Of a stretch of 64,000 nucleotides of DNA, positions 53,205 through 64,000 are shown one piece after another (positions within the stretch are counted from its first letter, which is position 1; every line of letters begins with the position of its first letter). This stretch comes from Octopus vulgaris. Taxonomy: Eukaryota. The stretch covers positions 194,494,001-194,558,000 of the forward strand of contig OX597815.1 of NCBI GenBank assembly GCA_951406725.2, in the 5' to 3' direction. Below the pieces are notes generated by a model. It did not search any database. It had not been told where the DNA came from and saw only the letters and a list, made by a program, of their open reading frames with translations. A program made the translations under genes and the position numbers.

Positions 53205-53238
<34 letters not shown>

Positions 53239-53267
53239 ATCTATATATATATATATATACATACATC

Positions 53268-53340
<73 letters not shown>

Positions 53341-53760
53341 CATTTATATACACATACACACATAAATATATATGTACGTATATATGCATACGTGCACACA
53401 CACACACACACACATATATTAATATCAGCATTAACATTCGTCCATTGTACGATGAGATTGACGAAATGACTTTCTATGTATCCACTATTTACTCGTCAAG
53501 GTATTTTCATACAAGAATCAACGTATGAAAATTGTTGGGGGAGAATGCGAAGAAGAATCCAATTTCAGGAATTAACTAGTACTTTATTTAAGGGCCCCGT
53601 AAAGATTAAAGTTGAGGTTGATCTCGACGGGATGTGAACTCAAAGTACAGAGAGCAATGAAGCATTCGATTCACTGTTCTAAAGACTTTGGCAATTCTTT
53701 GCTTCTCTCTCTCAATATCTTATTCTCTTCCATTGCATATATGATATACTCTACGATAAT

Positions 53761-53803
<43 letters not shown>

Positions 53804-55096
53804 CAGGCACACACATTTATATATACAACAAATATATGTATGAATGTATGAATGGGTATGTGTATATGTATATATATATATATACACATATGTATGTATG
53901 TATGTATGCGTGTATCTATGTATGTATGTATGTATGTATATATGCGTGTATGTATGCGTGTATGTATGCGTGTATGTATGTATGTATGTATGTATGTATG
54001 TATGCGTGTATGTATGTATGTATGCGTGTATGTATGTATGTATGTATGTATGTATGTATGTATGTATGTATGTATGTATATTCACGCCACGTACCCATCT
54101 ATATAACCCTTTGATCTAAGATGCCGCCAAACTAAATCCAGTAACAGTTAGATGGTTCAAGTAGATATCTTAATAATAGTTATTCTAATTTTATTTGTCC
54201 TTTTTAGCTATTATTTTTTTTATTTAATTTCTGTTTGTTTTTACTCCTACTTATTTCACTCTCTCTCTCTCTCTCTCTATCTCTCTTTCGTTATTTCTCT
54301 TTGTCTGTATATCTGTTTGTATGCGCGCGTTTGGAAGTTCGTCCAGATCTGAAGCCGACATTAAAACGCCATTAGAGATATATGCGTACCGTAATTACAT
54401 TATTACGACTTAGTTGCAGTGCAATGGAAAGCGAAGATAATATAATAAACGAATACACACAGTAATAAAGAAATAAATAACAAATGAAACAGAGAAACGT
54501 GAGAAAAATAGATAAATAAAATATTACAAAAGGAAAGTTAAAAAAAAAATGAGAAAGTAAAATTAGTAAAACAAATGCAACAATATAACAAAGAGATAAT
54601 ATATCCGAAAAGGAATTTGAAACAAAATAATACGTTCTAAAAATATATAAATATACAATATTAAAACTCCTCCACAAACAACAATAATAATTAAGAAGTA
54701 AAGCGTAAAGCATATACAATAAAATATGACATCTGGTCGCAAAGATCGGTCTGTAATTACTGGATATGTTAATGAAAGATTTGTTATATTTCTATTGTAT
54801 TAAATGGTCTAACATAGATAAGATCTGTGAACAGACAGCAATAGGCAGAAATAAAAGTTACTGTAAGGAATGGGTTTCTGTCTTTGGAAATTTATTATTT
54901 CTTTTTAGTATTTTTTTTTTGTATTTCTTATTTTTTTATCTTTTTTTTCTTTATTACTGTTTTTTTTTCTTTTTGTTCTTTGTATTTCTTTGGAACGGAG
55001 ATAATAATCTGCCCGGTAATACATTTGTCTCATAAGTAACATTTATTCACTAAAATTAATAAGAAAATAGAACACATCATGACAACATGAATCCCA

Positions 55097-55245
55097 GTAC
55101 CAGCACCAGCACCACCAGCACCAGCACCACCAGCACCAGCACCACCAGCACCAGCACCAGCACCACCACCGCCGCCGCCACTGCCGCCTCTGCCGCCGCC
55201 GCCGCCAACAACATCAACAACCACAATGACAACAACAACAACACA
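55097..55245. repeat. (CCAGCA)/(GCC)/(CAA) low-complexity repeat
   Basis: Directly visible. Confidence 0.9.
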
Positions 55246-56220
55246 TTAGGACAAAATAAAAAAATGAAATTTAATTACAAAAATGATATCCAAGACTATT
55301 GTGGAAATAATTATTTTAGTGTTGGCTGTTTTCGTATAACATTGTACTCATTAACCCCGACAGATAATTTCGTAATGTGAAACAAAAACAGAACATGCTT
55401 TTACACTAAGGTAAACCACATGAACACATGGAAACATGGAAGCATGCAGCTACGAACACAACTGAACGCAAGGACACAGACAGAGTAACAGAGAAGCAAA
55501 TGATAGCTGAGATATTTATCAGAGCAAGTGGTGAAAAAATCGGAAACCGCTGGATTAGATAACTTCTTCTCGGTATCTAAACTGTCTAACTGGGTATTTT
55601 ATCTCATTTAGAAATAACAAAATACATAAAAGAGAACCAGGAAAATGTATTACGTTGTGAAGGAAAAGAAGAGTTAGCGTCGTTAGCAACAATTTTTCTT
55701 TTACAGGACTGAGAGGAAGAAAAGGGGAGAAACGGATTAATTGGATGACAAAAAAATATGTTTATCACTAATGGAGAAAAAGCAGTTTGTGGCAGAGGAG
55801 AGCGGATTGGCAGTTGCGTTTATGTCGATCTGGCACCTAAGGAATTATGTACATGAGCGTGGATATATGTGTGTGTACACCTTTTGTGTGTGTGAGTGTG
55901 CGTATGGAATGGATGTGTGTGAGTAGTTAGGGAAGAAGGAGTGGTGGAGGTGGTTAAAATTCCAGCGATATCAATATAAACATTGTTGTTACTTTGGTGT
56001 TGGTGAATTGTATCCACAGACTTTAAAGTTCCCCACCAGCTGATCTCGGAGAGCCTGTGACGTATTAACGTTCCTCCTGAAATAGATAACCATAGAAAAA
56101 GCATGTACAAGACGGGAATTCGTAGGGATAACAATTTTGGGGGAATGAAGGCTAGATATGATAGTTCGTGCGAGACCTGTAAGGTTGGGCTCAATAAGGG
56201 TGGTAAGAAGAAGAGAAATA

Positions 56221-56857
56221 TATATTTCCTTATTGCCCACAGGGGGCTAAACACAGAGGGGACAAACAATGACAGACAAAGGGATTAAGTCGATTACATC
56301 GACCCCAGTGCGTAACTGGTAATTATTTAATCGAACCCGAAAGGATGAAAGGCAAAGTTGAATTCGGCGGAATTTGAATTCAGAACGTAACGGCAGACGA
56401 AATACCGCTAAGCATTTCGCCCGGCGTGCTAACGATTCTTATTTCTTTATTATCCATAAGGGGCTAAACATAGAGGGGACAAACAAGGACAGACAAAGGG
56501 ATTAAGTCGATTATATTGACCCCAGTGCGTAACTAGTACTTATTTAATCGACCCCCGAAAGGATGGAAGGCAAAGTCGACCTCGGCAGAATTTGAACTCA
56601 AAACGTAACGACAGACGAAATATCTATTTTTTTATTACCCACAAGGGGCTAAACACAGAGAGGACAAACAAGGACAGACAAAGGGATTAAGTCGATTATA
56701 TCGATCCCACTGCGTAACTGGTACTTATTTAATCGACCCCGAAAGGATGAAAGGCAAAGTCGACCTCGACGGAATGTGAACTCAGAACGTAACAGCAGAC
56801 GAAATACCGCTAAGCATTTCGCCCGGCGTGCTAACGTTTCTGCCAGCTCGCCGCCCC
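56221..56857 (-). mobile_element. SINE family C trimer
   Basis: Three bodies; 15-bp TSD AGAAGAAGAGAAATA at 56206-56220 and 56858-56872. Confidence 0.92.
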
Positions 56858-57064
56858 AGAAGAAGAGAAATAAGTGAGCTGCTAGTGCCCGAGCAGAAAT
56901 GGTAAAAGGCCAACCATCTTATGAGGGAGAGACGTTACGGTAACATAGATAGAAACGGCAGAGATCAATAGACAGCACGTTTGTGGGCAGGAATATGTTT
57001 GGAGTATGTTTGCCAGCGACTTCGTAGCAATCTGCGTTTGCTTGTGTGCATAGTTTAAATATAT

Positions 57065-57422
57065 TTGTTTGACCCCCTTCGGTCAGACAGTGACCATGGG
57101 TTTGCACCTAGAGAGTTACCCTCTGAGGTACAAGTCTGGGCAAGGTTGTTTTTAAAAAAATTTTTTTTATGGAAGACTAGCAGTCGCCCATGCATACCGG
57201 CCTCCCCTCTCCACGTCACCGATGTTATCCAAGGGAAAGGCAAGGGCCGATACAGCTTGGCACCCGTGACGTCGCAACTCATTTCTACAGCTGAGTGAAC
57301 TGGAGCAACGTGAAATAAAGTGTCTTGCTCGAGAACACAACACGCAGCCCGGTCCGGGATTCGAACTCACAACCTCACGATCGTAAGCTCGACGCTCTAA
57401 CCACTGAGCCACGCGCCTTCAC
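57065..57422 (-). mobile_element. tRNA-derived SINE with CORE-like domain (E-related head, distinct tail)
   Basis: A box TGGCTCAGTGG, B box GTTCGAATCC; 13-bp TSD AGTTTAAATATAT at 57052-57064 and 57423-57435. Confidence 0.9.
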
Positions 57423-57779
57423 AGTTTAAATATATAGCCTATAAGTTTAGACTGCGAAATGGTTTTGTAGTTCTATTAGTTTACGTCTAAAATCTCGGTT
57501 AAATAATCGTCTCACTTACAAACTCTCAATCTGTGCATCGTAGATTATCAATCTAATGTTCGTGTTGCCATCGATCAAGTTTATCCTTGATTTCTCATTC
57601 ACATACACATCAACAATGTTGCTGAGATTATAGAAAACAAAAGCAAAAACAAAACCAAAAACAATGCTATGTGTTCTTATTTGTCCTTTTAATGTTATCT
57701 ATATTGCTTGAGATATTAAGTATTAGATACTGCCGCTAGTTTTATGGCAAAGGAAATTTCCGTGCATCTTTATCTTTAC

Positions 57780-57784
57780 TGCTG

Positions 57785-57828
<44 letters not shown>

Positions 57829-58001
57829 TCCACCACCACCACCACCACCAGCACCGCCACCACTACTACTACTACTACCACGACCACGACCACCACTACT
57901 ACTACTACTACTACCACGACCACCACTACTACTACTACTATTACTACGACTACTACTACTACTACTTCTACTACAACTACCACCACCATTACTACCACCG
58001 C

Positions 58002-58034
<33 letters not shown>

Positions 58035-58071
58035 TACCACCACCACTACAACTACCACCACCACCACCACC

Positions 58072-58122
<51 letters not shown>

Positions 58123-58170
58123 GCTGATACTACTACTACAACCACCACCACCGCCACCACCACCACCACC

Positions 58171-58220
<50 letters not shown>

Positions 58221-58305
58221 CACCACCACCACCACCACCACAGCCACCACCACCACCACCACCACAGCCACCACCACCACAACCACCACCACCACTACTA
58301 CTACT
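57780..58305. repeat. (CTA)/(CCA) trinucleotide repeat
   Basis: Directly visible. Confidence 0.97.
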
Positions 58306-58545
58306 GTATTCCATTTCTTCATCGATCTGTAGGAGTGGATAATAAAGAACTGAAAAAGATTGAGATGCCCGAGTAACCACAAGATGAGATTGCCCGTATG
58401 TGGGCAATGAGGAAAGAAGCTGTCATCGCAGTAGTTGTAGGAGCATTGGGGGATATTAATGCCCAAGTTTGAGAAATTTGTTGGAGAAACTGGTATTCAC
58501 ATGACAGTAGAATATTTTCCCCAAACTGCTTTATTGGTTTTGGGG
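58306..58545 (+). mobile_element. R4/Dong-like LINE C-terminal stub
   Basis: QDEIARMWAMRKEAVIAVVVGALG...QTALLG resembles the region following the restriction-like endonuclease. Confidence 0.7.
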
Positions 58546-58912
58546 TGTTAAGTGCCGCGGAAAGAGAGAGTCTGTGAGGTCCTTGACAACATCAAACGAG
58601 ACGTCCTTCAAAAATTATTATACAAAATTATTAACCAGATATTACACCATCTTTTTCCCCAGCTCTTTGCAAGGAATGATCAAGAATTAGAAAGGCTGCT
58701 AACAACTCATAAAGAATTTAGCAGTGGCATCGATAAGTGTACTAAAGTAGCTTCTATAAGAGACTAGCTCAGAGAAACAACCTCCATTAAATTAGATATC
58801 AACACTACCATCAAAGAACTTGACCCACAAGAAACTTACATAAGCCTGGGTATAAATGAAGGAGATGGCATCAGTCATACCACTGTGAAGGAAAAGATTA
58901 AAAAAAGGAGTA

Positions 58913-59130
58913 AGAAGGGGTGCTGAAAAGTTTCTGGCTTTAAGGGTATCTCGAAACGCCTGATTGGAGGCCCAATCTTCCGAGTTCTTTTAGAGGACTT
59001 AGAAAAAACTGAAGGACTGCTGAAGTAGGAGTGTGAATCTCAGAAGGAAATATGTTGAATAAAATCATAATTAACTGAACCTCCTGTATTTTCTTTTATC
59101 CAAAGACAGGAACTTTTGAATACCCCCTCG
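58913..59130 (+). mobile_element. Mariner-derived MITE nested in the LINE
   Basis: TIRs ..GGGGTGCTGAAAAGTT / AACTTTTGAATACCCCCTCG; TA on both flanks; keeps the transposase C-terminal remnant ..YVE*; removing it restores LINE frame KEY*RRI. Confidence 0.85.
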
Positions 59131-59916
59131 TACTAAAGGAGAATAAAACTTGTACTGAAGACTTCACATTATTCTTTAAAATCGATTTGGAACTTTAATA
59201 CCCTGGCGATTCTAATAGTCAAGAACAATTTTAATATGATTAATTGGAATCCTATTAAACTCCAAATCATGGACAGGAAGATAAGAAAACTATCGACATT
59301 TTATAAGATACACCTATTTAAGGTAAATGTTGACTACTGGCACCTACCTACAAGCAGTAAGAGAAGAGTAATGATACAATTAGAACTATGCTACAAAACC
59401 TCCACTATAGGAACGAACAGGTACTTATCTAGTAGAGAGAACTGGATGCTGCACCTTGCATGGTAGCATGAAAGCAGCAAAAATTGCACTTTATTGTCAA
59501 GGAAGGTTGTAAATTCACTAGGGGAACTTGATATTGACCCTGAATTAGCTAAAGAACCTGAAATAATGCTATCAAGCTAGCAAAACGAATCAGACTGTCT
59601 GCTAAAAAGAACGGGAAGAAAGAACTTGAGAGACGGTGGAGCCATAGGTCCCTGCATGGACAATATATTCTTTGAAGTAAAAATGCTGATGTTGACCAAA
59701 CAACACCCAATCAAAGGTTGATGAATTCAATACTGAAAGTAGAAACTGAAGGCTTTGCACTGTCGGTACAAAACCAAGGCTTGCTTACAAGAAAGCACTA
59801 GGAAAATGTCGTAAGAAATGGTGCTGACCCAAAATTCAGATTCTGCAACACATTTGATTAAACAATAGACCATTTTGTTTCGGGCTGTCCTGTCCAAACG
59901 AATATGAAAATCGCCA

Positions 59917-59976
59917 CCATAGATAGGACCATAGATAGGACCATAGATAGGACCATAGATAGGACCATAGATAGGA
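59917..59976. repeat. 12-bp tandem repeat (CCATAGATAGGA) x5
   Basis: Directly visible inside the LINE. Confidence 0.95.
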
Positions 59977-60310
59977 CATAGATTGGAAAAAATGTAAGCA
60001 CTACCAAATTAGCTTTCCTGCTAACTCGTCTGAACATTATCCTGAGTCAGTGGTATCAGGCAAAAATGTAACTATCCTCTGGAATTTTCCGGTCAAAAAC
60101 TGACACAAGAATCTAGGCTAATCTACCAGATATAATTGTCAAAGAGGTGAAAGAAAATTCTTGTAAACTGATAGATGTAAGTTTCCCCAATAATAAAAGT
60201 TATATCTGTCAAAAACTTTTACATGCTTAGTGAATATAAAGACCAGGAAGTTGAAATACAAAAGATGTGGCATCTTAAAGCAAAAAGTGTCCCTGTTATT
60301 GTAGAACCCT

Positions 60311-60656
60311 TGGTAGAGCGTCGAGCTTACGATCGTTAGGTTGTGAGTTCGAATCCCGGACCGGGCTGCGTGTTGTGTTCTTGAGCAAGACACTTTATTT
60401 AAGGCGGTGAGCTGGCAGTTAAGGCGGCGAGCTGGCAGAATCGTTAGCACGCCGGGTGAAATGCTTAGCGGTATTTCGTCTGCCGTTACGTTCTGAGTTC
60501 AAATTCCGCCGAGGTCGACTTTGCCTTTCATCCTTTCGGGGTCGATAAATTAAGTACCAGTTACGCACTGGGGTCGATGTAATCGACTTAATCCGTTTGT
60601 CTGTCCTTGTTTGTCTCCTCTGTGTTTAGCCCCTTGTGGGTAGTAAAGAAATAGGT
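60311..60656 (+). mobile_element. E-type SINE head (60311-60398) fused to a SINE C monomer (60399-60656)
   Basis: Head matches 57315-57400 reversed; C start duplicated (TTAAGGCGG(T/C)GAGCTGGCAG x2). Confidence 0.85.
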
Positions 60657-60936
60657 ATGATAAAAAAAAACGGATGTCAGAAACATATTGATAACATTCC
60701 AGAAGAACCATATCTTAAAGAAATCCAAGAGATCTTGTTGACAAGTATGCTCACCTTCTTAGAAAAACCCTATCAATTCAAACATTTGTGTTGCATGGTA
60801 TAATATGAATGTATATCTGTACAGCCCTCCCCAAGCTTTCAGTCATATCTTTTAACTATGACATGGCTCTGGGCACTGGGTGAGACCCGACAAGTGATTA
60901 CATCAGTAACACAGATTAAAAGAAAAAAATGATAAA

Positions 60937-61274
60937 GAAAACAATTGCAGCGTGGAAGGTGTTTGTAAGCCATTTAAGAAACACACAAAAGCCGTTCGAT
61001 TCACTTCAACATTTAAGTTTAATTTGTCAAAATATTTTCTTCGCTATAAGACCGCGACCTGTTCACTGAGATGCAGCATGGATTTTTGTCAGTGAACAGG
61101 TCGCGGTCTTATAGCGACGAAAATATTTCGACAAATTAAACTTAAATGTTGAAGTGAATCGAACGGCTTTTGTGTGTTTCTTAAATGGCTTACAAACACC
61201 TTCCACGCTGCAATTGTTTTCGTTCCAGCACACGATCTCAGATCAAATCACTTGCTATGCAAGTACATCTCCGT
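60937..61274. mobile_element. Foldback element, probable Penelope-like inverted pLTR
   Basis: 133-bp arms 60937-61069 and 61089-61221 (2 mismatches seen), 19-nt loop, 53-nt one-sided extension; direct repeat AATGATAAAGAA at 60928-60939 and 61275-61286. Confidence 0.75.
61085..61135 (+). ncRNA. Candidate variant hammerhead ribozyme (G3-C8 core)
   Basis: UUUGUCA-GUGAACA-G-GUCGC/GCGAC-GAA-AAUAUU-U-(C/U)GACAAA. Confidence 0.55.
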
Positions 61275-61729
61275 AATGATAAAGAAGACTTACCGGTTAA
61301 TTGAAAAGTATGGAAATATATGAGGATAACAAGTAATCTTCTGAAAATTATGAAATGTTATCCAGAAAGCGTTAATATTGAGTACTATAAGCATTAAAAT
61401 ATAATAAAATAATTTATATTGTATTGTACTTCAGTTCAATACAGCTACTGCAATACGCTTAATTACACAATTAAGAGAGCGCAATATATCAATTGTATTG
61501 CTGAGCTGCTTTTTTGTTGCATTCATTAAAAGACAAAAAAAAAATAAAATAAAAACAAACAAACAAAAAAACAAAAAAACACATCAACTTCAAAGTCTGA
61601 TCTTCATCAATATAATTATCATCAGGATCTTCATTATTATCACATATATCGTCATGGTCGTTGCCATGGTGAACATCACTATCATCGTTGCCGTAGTCGT
61701 TGCTGGCTTGCTCATCGTCACCTCACCGT

Positions 61730-61840
61730 CGATACCACCGTCCGTCGCCTTCCGCCGCCATCCGCCGCTATCCGCCGCCATCCGCCGCCGTCCACCACAA
61801 CCACCACCACCACCACCACCAACGACAACAACAACAACTG
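61730..61840. repeat. (CCG)/(CCA)/(CAA) low-complexity repeat
   Basis: Directly visible. Confidence 0.85.
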
Positions 61841-62350
61841 CATTATCTGCAATAATTTGACACGAACTCATGGTTTTTCAAGTAGCGTGTTCTGTGGAGT
61901 ATCTACTCGATTTTGTAATCATTACGATCGTTGATTACACTTAATTAAAAAAAAAAAAAAAGGGTGAAAGACAGAAGACAGAAAGAAAGAAAAGGAAAAA
62001 GGAAATTAAGAGAATGAAAGAAAAACGAGAGAAAAATTTGATTGTTGTGGTCTGGCGATAGTTCTGTAAAGATCGAACTGACCCGTAATCAACGCTATTC
62101 CATCTGCGACGTGGCTGCGTGTAAGACTTCATCGTCGAATGTGTCGAACCACGTTGTTAGATTTAGTTTCTATTTCTAGCAGGTCGAGTGACCACATATA
62201 TTACCCCGGCTTTCGTTTGAAATCGACATCGTTTACTGTTTTACATATCAAACTAACAGGAAACCAATTTTCCTTATGTTTCTAGTAAGAACGTGATCGA
62301 TACGATATTTAAACATCAAAGGAAATTAATGTGACAGAAGTTCGATAAAC

Positions 62351-62383
<33 letters not shown>

Positions 62384-62574
62384 AAAGCACACGCTCATAC
62401 ACACACAAAGTTTACGATATTTATACTATCTCAATATCTGAAAGGAAAATGAAAATGCTATAATTTTATATAAGTGTGAATATTTGTATTGATATCCATG
62501 TAGGAAGAACTGTTCGAAAGTATGCGTCGGTTATCCAGTCTATACTCTTTATTGTAATATTCCGGTGAATGTCT

Positions 62575-63130
62575 AAGGCGGCAAGCTGGCAGAAACGTTA
62601 GCACGCCGGGCAAAATGTGTAGCCGTATTTCGTCTGCCGTTACGTTCCGAGTTCAAATTCCGCCGAGGTCGACTTTGCCTTTCATCCTTTCGGGTTCGAT
62701 TAAATAAGTACCACTTACGCACTGGGGTCAATATAATCGACTTAATCCGTTTGTCTGTCCTTGTTTGTTCCCTCTGTGTTTAGCCCCTTGTGGGTCGTAA
62801 AGAAATAGGTATTTCGTCTGCCGCTACATTCTTAGTTCAAATTCCGCCGAGGTCGACTTTGCCTTTCATCCTTTCGGGGTCGATAAATAAAGTACTAGTT
62901 TAGCACTGACGTCCATGTAATCGAATTAATCCTTTTGTCTGTCCTTGTTTGTCCCCTCCATGTTTATCCCCTTGTGGGCAATAAAGAAATATATACTCTT
63001 TATTGTAATATCCCGGTGAATGTCTAAGGCGGTGAGCTGGAAGAATCGTTAGTACCAGTTGCATACTGGAGTCGATCTAATCGACTGGTCCCCTCCGCCC
63101 AAAATTTCGGGCCTTGTGCCTAGAGTGGAA
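62575..63130 (+). mobile_element. SINE C dimer (62575-62991) followed by an internally deleted SINE C (63026-63130)
   Basis: 34-bp flank duplication at 62541-62574 and 62992-63025; further partial copies at 63130-63160. Confidence 0.88.
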
Positions 63131-63169
63131 ATATTCCGGTGAATATTCCGGTGAATGTCTGTACTAGTG

Positions 63170-63543
63170 CATATGGTCCCGGGTTCATTCCCACTGCGTG
63201 GCAGCTTGGTTAAGCGTCTTCTACTATAGCCTCGGGCCAACCAAAGCCTTGTGAGTGGATTTGTTAAACGGAAACTGAAAGAAGTCCGTTGTATATGTAT
63301 ATATACATATATGTGTGTGTATGTGTGTGTGTTTGTGTGTTTGTGTTTGTCCCCACAACATCGCTTGAGGACCGATGCTGGTGTGTTTACGTCCCCGTAG
63401 CTTCGCGGTTCGGTAAAAAAGACCGATAGAATAAGTACTAGGCTTACAAAGAATAAGCTCTGGGGTCGATTTGCTCGACTAAAGGCGGTGCTCCAGCATG
63501 GCCGCAGTCAAATGACTGAAACAAGTAAAAGAGTAAAAGAGAG
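63170..63543 (+). mobile_element. SINE family B, 5'-clipped
   Basis: Homology to other B copies. Confidence 0.9.
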
Positions 63544-64000
63544 TAATTGTAGATGTAGTGTCGTAGAATAAAGGACAAGGCAGCTGCAGATCAAACCATC
63601 ACGGTAGACTCCACATCAACTGTTCCAAACTTGTCGTCAACGGACTTCTACTGGGTTTTAGCAAAAGGTATTATTCGGGATCTGTGAGCTGCGCTTGTCA
63701 TTTCAAAATACAGCCATGTGAAATGTGTAATTGCTCTGTTAGCTAATATTTTTCACATGGTTGGTGGCATTGTGATATTTATTCCGCTTCCTTGCGATCT
63801 GTTTTCTGTTCTGCCTTTGTCTTTCATCCTTTCGCAGTCGATAAAATAAAGTACCAGTCAAGTACTGCGGATAATCTAATTAATTAACTCTGACTTCCTA
63901 GCAAAAGGAAAAAAAACCCAAAAAAAAAACCGAATTTCTTGCATTGCACTAATATAAGAAATTACTATGTTCTGGGTTCAAATACTTTCATCCGTTCGTG

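Larger units (their letters stand above)
51710..54080. repeat. Block of (CATA)/(TATG)/(TCTA)/(TA) microsatellites with short inserts
   Basis: Directly visible. Confidence 0.92.
58640..60927 (+). mobile_element. Decayed R4/Dong-like (RLE-type) LINE, 3' ~2 kb, with nested insertions
   Basis: LFARNDQEL, GIDKC, MDRKIRKL, LHGQY, ETEGF..VQNQ.L.TR, FC....TIDH.VSGCP, ILWNFPV, ANLPDIIV...LIDVS, EIQKMWHL..VPVIV; many stops and frameshifts. Confidence 0.85.

Overview
AT-rich, repeat-dense animal genomic DNA. The repeat families and microsatellite load point to an octopus/cephalopod genome, which is inference. I found no intact host protein-coding exon; nearly all long ORFs in the track are microsatellite artefacts or decayed transposon ORFs. 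Retroelements: several tRNA-headed SINE families (labelled A, B, C and E here; some copies have clear target-site duplications, TSDs) and decayed LINEs (RTE, R4/Dong-like, L1/Tx1-like, and a CR1/L2-group-like 3' end). DNA elements: mariner and maT-like transposase fossils, Tc2/pogo-, mariner- and Merlin-like MITEs, and Helitron pieces. The most notable signals are: (1) a canonical type I hammerhead ribozyme at 25159-25240 (-); (2) two long foldback elements, probably Penelope-like pLTR remnants, carrying hammerhead-like folds whose 3-8 core pair is swapped to G3-C8 or U3-A8; (3) SINE-C multimers inserted as single TSD-flanked units with stereotyped junctions; (4) two SINE/LINE 3'-tail partnerships visible inside the window.
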